NCBI GenBank assembly: GCA_944345365.1
Contig: CALVMJ010000001.1
Span: 3,760 to 67,759 of the forward strand
Origin: an uncultured Clostridia bacterium
Lineage (GTDB): Bacteria; Bacillota; Clostridia; Christensenellales; UBA1242
Direction of reading: 5' to 3'
DNA length: 64,000 nt
This document shows positions 39,474 to 47,832 of this stretch, one piece after another. How positions within the stretch are numbered: the stretch's first letter is position 1; every line of letters starts with the position of its first letter. The notes under the pieces are model-generated. The model ran no database searches. It had not been told where the DNA came from and was given only the letters and a program-made list of their open reading frames with translations. The translations under genes were made by a program, and so were the position numbers.

Positions 39474-40994
39474 ATGGCTTTTGAATCAAATAATTTTTAC
39501 GCATCGAAGAAAGTTAAACTGCCGAGTAGTGAATTTAATGTGGAATGTAATATTTCGACAGAGGAAGAAATTTCCAAAATCTTTGTTGTTTCGGCAAATG
39601 TAAGCGTTGACACAAAAGAAGTTTTGCCGGGAAGTGTTGCATATATGGGCAATATTGAAACCTGTGTTGTTTATTTAACAAACAACGGAGAAATTGGCTC
39701 TGTTCACGCATCTTGCCCTTTTAATTCAAAAATTGAGAGCGAAGAAATACAGGCAGACCAAAAAGTTTTGTTGTTTGTTAAAATAAGTGGGTATAATGTG
39801 CAAGGCATTACAAACGGAAACATTTCCTTAAATTACACTTTATTACAATCGGGAGCTAGTTTGTCTAATCAAGAAATAAAAAGCGTTAGTGCAAGCGACG
39901 AGGACATTGCTGTTAAGGAAGAGGAGATTAAAGTTGTTAAATTTATTGGGCAGGCAGGAACAATTGCAAACACAAAAAGTCCTTTCCAAACCAAATCAAC
40001 TATTAAAAAACTATTATTGTGCGAAAGTCAAGCTTCTGTTAAAGATGTTGAGCCAGGTTTAAACTTTGTTACTGTTAGTGGTGAAGTTGTAAGTAGAGTT
40101 TTGTATTTAACAGAAGATGACAGGTTTGAATCAGAATATATTTTTGATTCTTTTAAAGAGGAAATCGAGCTTGATGGTGTGACAAAAGAAAGCCAGGTAG
40201 AGGCGTGTGCTTTTGTTAAGTATTCTGATGTTAAGGCCGTTGTTGATAATTTGGAAAGTGGGGCAAAAATTGAAGTAAGTGTTCCTGTTGAAATTTGCGC
40301 TATGGCATATCAAGAGGTTGAGGTGAAAGTTGTTTCTGACCTTTACAGCACAAAGAATGAACTTGAAGTCTCTACCGCATCTTTTAATATGACTAAAAAT
40401 CTTCCATTTGAAGTTGTTGACGGAAAGATAGACGGAACACTTGTGATTGAAGATGACAAGCCAAGAATTGACAAAGTGCTGTTTAACGGAGGAGACTTTG
40501 TTAATATTACCAATGTTTATGTTCGGGAAGGAATGTTAAATGTTGAGGGAATAGCGAAAACAAATGTTGTTTATTTAAACGACGAGGAAAGCTCTTTAAA
40601 TGCCGTCGAAATTGAAGTTCCGTTTGTTTTGTCCGAAAGAACAGAAATTTCGGAAAGTGCACAACTATATGCACTGGCAATTATCACAGATTCTGATGTG
40701 GCTGTGAAAAAAGGAAGAGAACTTTTCTATGATGCAAAAGTAAAGGTGTTAGTTTATGTTGATTGCGATGTTGTTTCGGCTGTTATAAGTGATGCTAAAC
40801 TTAGTGATGAGCTTGCTCAAAGAGATTATGCGATGGAAATTGTCTTTGCAAAAGAAGGGCAAACTTGCTGGGATATAGCCAAGGCAAACAAAGTCAAAGA
40901 AAGTATGGTGGCGATGCAAAATCCTAATGTAATTTTCCCTCTGTCACAAAACTGTGAAATAGTTTTGTTTTTCCAAAATTTTAACAAAATGTAA
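39474..40994 (+). CDS. SPOCS (DUF3794) repeat protein with C-terminal LysM (SipL-like coat morphogenetic protein)
   Basis: Three repeated V.G.....VLY..D-type domains; C-terminal EGQTCWDIAK..N LysM-like; beside veg and spoIIR. Confidence 0.75.
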   Translation: MAFESNNFYASKKVKLPSSEFNVECNISTEEEISKIFVVSANVSVDTKEVLPGSVAYMGNIETCVVYLTNNGEIGSVHASCPFNSKIESEEIQADQKVLLFVKISGYNVQGITNGNISLNYTLLQSGASLSNQEIKSVSASDEDIAVKEEEIKVVKFIGQAGTIANTKSPFQTKSTIKKLLLCESQASVKDVEPGLNFVTVSGEVVSRVLYLTEDDRFESEYIFDSFKEEIELDGVTKESQVEACAFVKYSDVKAVVDNLESGAKIEVSVPVEICAMAYQEVEVKVVSDLYSTKNELEVSTASFNMTKNLPFEVVDGKIDGTLVIEDDKPRIDKVLFNGGDFVNITNVYVREGMLNVEGIAKTNVVYLNDEESSLNAVEIEVPFVLSERTEISESAQLYALAIITDSDVAVKKGRELFYDAKVKVLVYVDCDVVSAVISDAKLSDELAQRDYAMEIVFAKEGQTCWDIAKANKVKESMVAMQNPNVIFPLSQNCEIVLFFQNFNKM

Positions 40995-41037
40995 CAAAAC
41001 ATATATTTATTAGCAAGCCAAAACTCCTCGGTTTATT

Positions 41038-41066
41038 GAATAAATAGGTTTTTTATAGGAAAAAAT
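41038..41066 (+). promoter_or_regulatory. sigma-F-like promoter of spoIIR
   Basis: GAATA, 15 bp, GGAAAAAAT; fits GYWTA-N15-GGnrAnAnT, and spoIIR is sigma-F-controlled in Bacillus subtilis. Confidence 0.6.
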
Positions 41067-41091
41067 CTCCATACAAAATGGAGGTTTTTTT

Positions 41092-41622
41092 ATGAAATAC
41101 ATCATATCATTTGTTTCATTTTTAGCGATAACTCTTATTTTTGTTTTTTCGGGGCTTAATAATTGCAAAAATGAAAATATGGAGTATCTTAGGATACATA
41201 TAAGGGCAAATTCAAATATGGAGGAAGATCAAAGAGTTAAATATATGGTCAAAGATGCAATTGTTGAGGCATTAATCCCCATTCTTTCGCAAGTTGACAC
41301 CATTGATGAAGCAAAAATTGCAATGAAAGAAAATTTTAATTATATAGAAAATGTTGCTAATAATGTTTTAAAGGCAGAAAAATTTGAATATAAGTCAAGT
41401 GCATATCTATCAAATGAGTTTTTTCCAGCGAGAACATACGAAAATTTAACTCTTGAAAGTGGATATTATGATGCTTTAATTCTAAATCTTGGGGAGGGAA
41501 GTGGAGATAACTGGTGGTGTGTTGTATATCCAGCATTTTGCTTCCTTGAAACAAAAAATTCGTCGAATTATGGTTATATTTCAAAAATTTGGGAAATAAT
41601 TAATAGTGTAACAAAAAATTAA
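41092..41622 (+). CDS. spoIIR: stage II sporulation protein R
   Basis: YLRIHIRANSN..DQ.VKY.V.D, FP.RTY....SG.YDAL..LGEGSGDNWWCVVYP. Confidence 0.93.
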   Translation: MKYIISFVSFLAITLIFVFSGLNNCKNENMEYLRIHIRANSNMEEDQRVKYMVKDAIVEALIPILSQVDTIDEAKIAMKENFNYIENVANNVLKAEKFEYKSSAYLSNEFFPARTYENLTLESGYYDALILNLGEGSGDNWWCVVYPAFCFLETKNSSNYGYISKIWEIINSVTKN

Positions 41623-41637
41623 AAAGGAAGGAGAAAT

Positions 41638-42318
41638 ATGAAAAAAGAAATTCTTGGTTCAATGCTTGCTCTCTTGATGCTTGGGGGAGGTGTTGGCAAA
41701 ATAAGTACATACAGCCAAAGCGAAAGTTTGGCAGATTCAAGCATTGTTTTAGCTGCGACAGTAAATGAAATAAAATCAGTTCAGCAAAGGTTAAAAGAAT
41801 GGGGGTACTATAAAGGGGCAATAGATGGAATATATGGCAGTGGGACAAGAAGCGCTGTTATATTGTTTCAAAAGAAAAATGGATTAACTCCTGATGGGAT
41901 TTTGGGACCTGCAACGGCAAGGGCGATTGGGATTTCAATCAGTAACAGCCAGACATCTTCACAAAGTGGCTCTGATTTATATCTTCTTGCAAAATGCGTT
42001 TATGCTGAAGCAAGAGGAGAAATATATCAAGGTCAAGTTGCCGTAGCTGCTGTTATTTTAAACAGAGTTAAAAGCCCAGATTTTCCAAACACAATTGCAG
42101 GTGTTATATATCAACCTTGGGCGTTCACGGCAGTTCATGACGGACAAATTAATTTGGAGCCGGATGCAACGGCTTACAGCGCTGCACAAGATGCATTAAA
42201 TGGCTGGGATCCTACATACGGTTGCCTTTACTATTACAATGCAAAAACAGCGACAAGTCAGTGGATTTTTGACAGAACAACTGTTGTCACAATAGGGCAA
42301 CATGTGTTTGCAATATAG
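41638..42318 (+). CDS. sleB: spore cortex lytic enzyme SleB
   Basis: PG-binding domain (QQRLKEWGYY..DGIYG), AEARGE, GQVAVAAVILNRV. Confidence 0.93.
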   Translation: MKKEILGSMLALLMLGGGVGKISTYSQSESLADSSIVLAATVNEIKSVQQRLKEWGYYKGAIDGIYGSGTRSAVILFQKKNGLTPDGILGPATARAIGISISNSQTSSQSGSDLYLLAKCVYAEARGEIYQGQVAVAAVILNRVKSPDFPNTIAGVIYQPWAFTAVHDGQINLEPDATAYSAAQDALNGWDPTYGCLYYYNAKTATSQWIFDRTTVVTIGQHVFAI

Positions 42319-42326
42319 GAGGTATT

Positions 42327-43709
42327 ATGAAAAAGAACGAAGTTAAAGTTACCGATCAACAAGTTAAAACAAAAAAGAAAAGAAGGCTTGGCTTGCCGAT
42401 TGCAATTGCATTATTGACTGTTACAACAGGTGGACTTGCAATTGCTTATGGAATGAGTCAAGCAACTGCAAGCACCTACGAAATTCAGCTTGAAAATGTT
42501 TATCAGAAAAATCTTTATGATTTGGTGGAAAGTGTCAATAACGCAGAAACAAAATTAAGCAAAATATTAGTTTCAACAGATTCTGATTTTCAAGGAAAAA
42601 CTTTGGTGGAAGTAGCACATAATGCCGACCTTGCCGAGCAAAGCCTCTCCGGTCTTCCAGTTTCGAGAAACAGTTTAAGTGAAAGCATGAGATTTATAAA
42701 TCAAGTTAGTGGTTACACTCAAACCTTATCCGAAAAACTTTCCAAAGGAGGAAAACTTACATCACAGGAATTGCAAACTCTATCCGACATAAAAGAGAGC
42801 ATAACATATATGCGTGATGAGATTGACAAATTCACACAAGACACCCATGGAGGATACTCAATCCTTCAAAAAAGTCTTGATTTTGAGGGAGAGCAAAATG
42901 CCTTTACCATAAGAATTTCAAAAATAAAAAATGAAAAACTAGATTATCCAACAATGATCTATGACGGACCTTTTTCTGACTCCGAAACAAATGTTGAAAT
43001 AAAAGGACTAAGTGGAAATGAAGTTTCAAAAGATGATGCATATAACGAGATTTCGAAGTGTTTTAACAACATTTCCACACTTACATATCTTGGTGAAATA
43101 AACAGCAAATTCCAAGTTTATAACTTTGAATTAAAAACCACAAACAATCAAACCCTTTATCCACAAGTCACAAAAATTGGAGGGAATATTTTAACAGTAA
43201 GTGGACAAAGCAATCCTTTACAAATGAGCACAATCAGTCTTGATGAAGGTGTAAGATTAGCGCTATCTTTTGCAAAAGAGAACGGAATTGAAAACCCTGA
43301 ATGTGTTTGGAAGGAAGCGCTTAAAAATGAAGGATATTACAACATCGCTCCAAAACAAAACGGAGTGATATTATACCCTGATTTAGTTAAGGTGAAAATA
43401 GACTTATCAACAGGAACGGTTATAGGTTATGACGCATCAACCTATTTCACTAATCACACAAACAGACTCTTGCCGAAGGCAAAAATATCCGTTTCCGACG
43501 CACAAAAAGTTTTGCCTCTTGATGAATATATCTTTGAAGATGGCAGGCTGGTTCTTGCACCACTTGACTATTCTCGTGAGGTGCTGTGCTACGAGTTTAT
43601 TGGACAAAAAAATGGAAGTGTTTATTATTTCTACATTAACGCATTAAATGGAAAAGAGGAAAACATCTTAAAAGTAATAAAAACAACAGATGGTTCAAAA
43701 TTAATGTAA
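42327..43709 (+). CDS. ypeB: germination protein YpeB
   Basis: LENVYQKNL, YPTMIYDGPFSD, PDLVKVKI, YINALNGKEE; directly after sleB. Confidence 0.9.
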   Translation: MKKNEVKVTDQQVKTKKKRRLGLPIAIALLTVTTGGLAIAYGMSQATASTYEIQLENVYQKNLYDLVESVNNAETKLSKILVSTDSDFQGKTLVEVAHNADLAEQSLSGLPVSRNSLSESMRFINQVSGYTQTLSEKLSKGGKLTSQELQTLSDIKESITYMRDEIDKFTQDTHGGYSILQKSLDFEGEQNAFTIRISKIKNEKLDYPTMIYDGPFSDSETNVEIKGLSGNEVSKDDAYNEISKCFNNISTLTYLGEINSKFQVYNFELKTTNNQTLYPQVTKIGGNILTVSGQSNPLQMSTISLDEGVRLALSFAKENGIENPECVWKEALKNEGYYNIAPKQNGVILYPDLVKVKIDLSTGTVIGYDASTYFTNHTNRLLPKAKISVSDAQKVLPLDEYIFEDGRLVLAPLDYSREVLCYEFIGQKNGSVYYFYINALNGKEENILKVIKTTDGSKLM

Positions 43710-43714
43710 AAATT

Positions 43715-43747
43715 AAAAGAGGGTTTAAAGGAATTAAGCCCTTTTTT
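43715..43747 (+). terminator. intrinsic terminator
   Basis: AAAAGAGGGTTTA..TAAGCCCTTTTTT. Confidence 0.6.
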
Positions 43748-43989
43748 AATACTTTATTAGTGATGAAATTAAACAAAATATTAGGTTTTAAATTTAATCC
43801 TCTTAATCTTTGTAATGAATATAAGGACATTATAATCTTAATAAAATTTAAAAAATCATAAAATAATCCCTTTTTATTTTGAAAAAAATAAAATATTTGC
43901 TAAAATATTGATGTAAATTAAAATTTCTTGGCGTGGCTATACTAATTTTGACGGAAAATGAGCAAAATAAAATAAAAAGGGGAAAGATT

Positions 43990-46900
43990 ATGAAATCGAA
44001 AATCAGTTCTTTTTTTGAGAAAAAGTCGGGTAAGCTTGCCTTGTCGGGGATAATTTTTGCCTTGGCTTTGGTCGTTGCGCTCACAACAGTTTTTGTGCTT
44101 AATGGCAAGAAACTGGAAAACAAAACCACCCCTCCAACAAACGCAGAAACAACCATTGTGCCAAATAACTCAGACAATTGGACAAACGCAGGGAATTATG
44201 ATACTGTGAATATCTCAACAGGCGCAGGCTTTACTGACGGAAATGGAACTGAAGCAGACCCTTACATAATTACAACTGCAAGACAACTTGCAGGGCTTTC
44301 TTACTTAGCAGGCAGAGGTGGAATAAGAGCATACAAATACTATAAACTTGGTGGGAATATCAATCTCCTGGACCACTACTGGACACCGATTGGAACAGAT
44401 AGCCCTTACTATTTCAACGGATCATTTGATGGAGATGGCTATGTTATTTCGGGAATGGTTGTTAGTGGTTCGTTTTCATATGCAGGTTTGTTTGGATATA
44501 TGAAAGGAGAAACCGGTGAAACCTTTAAAATATCAAACCTTGGAATTGAGAATAGTGAGATAAAGGTGACTTCTTCTGCCCGTGTTGGTGGCTTGGTGGG
44601 GTATTCTGCTTCTTCAATTTTAACAATCACAAACAGTTATAACACCGGTTCAGTTAGTGCGACTTCTTCTTTTTATGCCCGTGCTGGAGGCTTGGTGGGG
44701 GAGTCTTCTTCAACTTTAACAATCATAAATAGTTATAACACCGGTTCAGTTAGTGCGACTTCTTCTTCTAGTAGTGCCTGTGCTGGAGGCTTGGTGGGGG
44801 ATTCTTCTTCCTTGACGATAGAAAACAGTTATAACACCGGTTCAGTTAGTGCGACTTCTTCTTCTTTTGCCCGCGCTGGTGGCTTGGCGGGGAATTCTTC
44901 TTTTTATTTGACAATCAAAAATAGTTATAACACCGGTTCGGTTGATGCAAGTGGTTCAACAACATATAAAGGTGGACTGATTGGACAAACAAATTCAGGA
45001 GATACAAGAACAATAATCAAGAACTCCTACTTTGACGGCGATGTGTTTAGTGGAAGAATGATTGAAAATGTAGGTGCAACAATCACTGCAAGTGGGAAGG
45101 TTGCTGGGCTTTCGGGTTTGATGAAAGATACAGCAAATTATGGCTCGGAAAGTTTTGGAATATACACAGATGATAAGTCCGCAACGGGTAATGCCGTTTG
45201 GTCAAGCGAAAGCCCTTGGGACTTTGAAAATGTTTGGGGAGAAGATGTTTTTGGAACAAATAATGGATATCCAGTTTTAAGAAATGAAGAATATAACGAT
45301 TATTTTGCTGATCTCTACTGGAAATACAACGCCGCAACAAGCTATGCGGGTGGAGATGGAACGCAAAGTAGTCCATATTTAATTTCCTCAGCCCAGGAGC
45401 TTGCGCTTTTGTCAAACGATGTTAACTCTGGAAAATATTATGATCAATATATCTATGCAAAACTTACAGACAACATTGACCTTGCAGGCAAAATTTGGAC
45501 ACCTATTGGAAAATTTTTTAACAACTCTATTTATTCTTTTCATGGCTCATTTGATGGAAACGGATATGTTGTTAAAAACATGACGATAGAATTTAATGTG
45601 ATTGAAGATATGGAAGGGGTTGGAGTTTTTGGTTTTTTTGGAGACCAAATGTCCGGAGAAACTTCATATTTAAGTAATCTTGGTGTAGAAAATTATGAAA
45701 TACAAGTCAGTGACAAGGGCCAATCATTTGGTGGTATGGCTTGTATTGCCCCTTTGGTTGGGGTTGCCTCTTCCACAAATATTGCAAATTGCTATGCAAA
45801 CGGAAAGATTTTAAAAATAGAAAAAAATACAGGATTTTATATAGAATCTGGACTTATCGGTGCTGCTATGGGCTGTGAAATTAAGAATTGTTATGCAGTT
45901 AATGAATTTCTTGACGCATCTTGTTCTGCATATGGAGGAATTGTTGGAGCTGGTCCGATGGTAAATATACTAAACAGCTTTGCAGTGATTGATTTTTCTA
46001 CATTTAATTCATCATCTATGGCAGGACTTATTGGTTCTGATTTTGCAGATATGAATGGACCGGGACAAATTTCGGTTACAAACAGTTACTATGACGGAAA
46101 TCTTGGTGTTTCAAAAATGATTGCGAGTGCATCAGCTGAATCACAGGTCATAGCAACTGCAAGCGGAAAGGTTTCTGGACTTTCAGGAAAAATGAAAGAA
46201 AAGACAAACTATGGCGTGTCTAGTTTTGGAACATACACAGATGACAATTCTTTGACAGGAAATGCTGTTTGGACAAAGGCTTGGGATTTTCAAGAGACTT
46301 GGATGATTGAGCAAGGCTTTAACTTTGAATATCCAATTTTCCAAACAATGATGACTAAGATGTGGAAATATGATGATAATGTGTTGGCTATAACTGGATT
46401 TTCAAAGGGACTTGGAACAGCAGAATCTCCATATCAAATTTCCACAGCTGAGGGGCTTGCGTATCTTTCTATTCTTGCAAATCAAGGCAACACTAAGACT
46501 TATAAATATTACGAACTCACAGCCGACATCGACCTTTCTGGCAAATATTGGACACCTATTAGCAACAAACCTAATTCTTATTATTTTAGTGGATCATTCG
46601 ACGGGAATGGCTATGTGATAAATGGTATGACAATTGACATGAAGTCGTCGTCAGATGTTTGTGCAGGCTTGTTTGGTTGCATGGGAGGTGAAACCGGACA
46701 AACACTTAAAATATCAAACCTTGGAATTGAGAATAGTGAAATAAATGTAACGTCTTCTTCATCTACAGTCTTTGCTGGAGGTTTGGTGGGGCTATCTTAT
46801 TCTTCTTTAACAATAGAAAACAATTATAACATGGGCTCGATTAGAGCAACTTCTTCTTCTGCCTCTGTTTATGCTGGAGGTTTGGTGGGAGATGCTAGGA

Positions 46901-47670
46901 GCTCATTAACAATTACAAACAGCTATAATACTACTTCAGTTAATGAGATTTCTTTTGCGACTTCTTTTGCAGGAGGCTTGGTGGGGGAGGCTTCTTCTTC
47001 TCCATTGACAATCACAAACAGTTATAACACCGGTAATGTCAGTGCTGAGGCGACTGCTAATTTTTCTATTTTTAGTGCCAACGCAGGAGGCTTGGTGGGG
47101 GAGGCTTCTTCTTCAACTTTAACAATCACAAACAGTTATAACACTGGTTCAGTTAATGCGACTTCTTCTGGTGCTATTGAAACTTCTGCTCGTGCTGGAG
47201 GCTTAATGGGGTATTCTACTACTTCTTCAACTCTAACAATCACAAACAGCTTTAACTCTGGAAGGGTTTCAGGAAAGGGTTCTTCAAATTATGTAGGAGG
47301 AATTGTTGGCTATGTAATTGGCAGCGCCACAATAAACAACACATTTTGCACTGGGGACATTCAATCACCAACAGGAAGTGGAACATACGTTAAGCCTATT
47401 GTTGGAAGAGGAACAGCGACAATAACAAACAGTTATTATAAACTTGATATGCTAGACAGCAGTGGAGGAGTTGTTTCATCAGAAAAAGGATATTATAGCA
47501 AAGGAGCATCAGATACAGTTGCATTTGACGGAGATATTTGGTTCTATCACGCAGATCTTAATGAAGGTCTTCCGCTTTTAAGATCATTGTTCTGGGCAGA
47601 GGCATCAATTGCAAACCAAAGCGATGTTTTAAGTGTTCTTACAAACAAAGGCTTTAAGCTTGTAGCTTAA
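43990..47670 (+). CDS. large membrane-anchored GLUG-motif surface protein (three modules)
   Basis: N-terminal TM; three G.GT..PY.I...L / DL...WTPI / F.GSFDG.GY modules; GGLVG..SYNTG repeats; ATG 43990 preferred. Confidence 0.8.
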   Translation: MKSKISSFFEKKSGKLALSGIIFALALVVALTTVFVLNGKKLENKTTPPTNAETTIVPNNSDNWTNAGNYDTVNISTGAGFTDGNGTEADPYIITTARQLAGLSYLAGRGGIRAYKYYKLGGNINLLDHYWTPIGTDSPYYFNGSFDGDGYVISGMVVSGSFSYAGLFGYMKGETGETFKISNLGIENSEIKVTSSARVGGLVGYSASSILTITNSYNTGSVSATSSFYARAGGLVGESSSTLTIINSYNTGSVSATSSSSSACAGGLVGDSSSLTIENSYNTGSVSATSSSFARAGGLAGNSSFYLTIKNSYNTGSVDASGSTTYKGGLIGQTNSGDTRTIIKNSYFDGDVFSGRMIENVGATITASGKVAGLSGLMKDTANYGSESFGIYTDDKSATGNAVWSSESPWDFENVWGEDVFGTNNGYPVLRNEEYNDYFADLYWKYNAATSYAGGDGTQSSPYLISSAQELALLSNDVNSGKYYDQYIYAKLTDNIDLAGKIWTPIGKFFNNSIYSFHGSFDGNGYVVKNMTIEFNVIEDMEGVGVFGFFGDQMSGETSYLSNLGVENYEIQVSDKGQSFGGMACIAPLVGVASSTNIANCYANGKILKIEKNTGFYIESGLIGAAMGCEIKNCYAVNEFLDASCSAYGGIVGAGPMVNILNSFAVIDFSTFNSSSMAGLIGSDFADMNGPGQISVTNSYYDGNLGVSKMIASASAESQVIATASGKVSGLSGKMKEKTNYGVSSFGTYTDDNSLTGNAVWTKAWDFQETWMIEQGFNFEYPIFQTMMTKMWKYDDNVLAITGFSKGLGTAESPYQISTAEGLAYLSILANQGNTKTYKYYELTADIDLSGKYWTPISNKPNSYYFSGSFDGNGYVINGMTIDMKSSSDVCAGLFGCMGGETGQTLKISNLGIENSEINVTSSSSTVFAGGLVGLSYSSLTIENNYNMGSIRATSSSASVYAGGLVGDARSSLTITNSYNTTSVNEISFATSFAGGLVGEASSSPLTITNSYNTGNVSAEATANFSIFSANAGGLVGEASSSTLTITNSYNTGSVNATSSGAIETSARAGGLMGYSTTSSTLTITNSFNSGRVSGKGSSNYVGGIVGYVIGSATINNTFCTGDIQSPTGSGTYVKPIVGRGTATITNSYYKLDMLDSSGGVVSSEKGYYSKGASDTVAFDGDIWFYHADLNEGLPLLRSLFWAEASIANQSDVLSVLTNKGFKLVA
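44635..44950 (+). repeat. 96-bp intragenic tandem repeat (4 units)
   Basis: AGTTATAACACCGGTTC at 44635, 44731, 44827, 44923; first three units share 36 identical nt. Confidence 0.92.
46780..47280 (+). repeat. second, more degenerate cluster of the same repeat
   Basis: GCTGGAGG.TTGGTGGGG and AGTTATAACAC units with variable spacing. Confidence 0.8.
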
Positions 47671-47707
47671 ATTAGAATATTTGAAGCGTGCTATTTAAAA
47701 TAAAATC

Positions 47708-47738
47708 AAAAAAAGATTAGTGGCTCTAATCTTTTTTT
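47708..47738 (+). terminator. intrinsic terminator
   Basis: A7-GATTAG-TGGCT-CTAATC-T7. Confidence 0.85.
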
Positions 47739-47775
47739 GTTTATCATAAGATTAAGAGGCTGGAAAAACAAGGTA

Positions 47776-47804
47776 TTGACAAGTGCTTATTAAAATTATA
47801 TAAT
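47776..47804 (+). promoter_or_regulatory. consensus sigma-A promoter
   Basis: TTGACA (47776-47781), 17 bp, TATAAT (47799-47804). Confidence 0.88.
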
Positions 47805-47832
47805 TACATTGAGTTAAAAATTGAGGTAAAAA

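Noticed and set aside
44635-44950. CRISPR array (36-nt identical repeats, regular period)
   Set aside because: The repeats lie inside a long ORF, the 60-nt intervening segments are homologous to each other rather than unique, and there are no cas genes
44635-47280. GLUG repeats as a diversity-generating retroelement (TR/VR pair)
   Set aside because: The repeats are in-frame tandem coding units, differences are not confined to adenines and include indels, and there is no reverse transcriptase in the window
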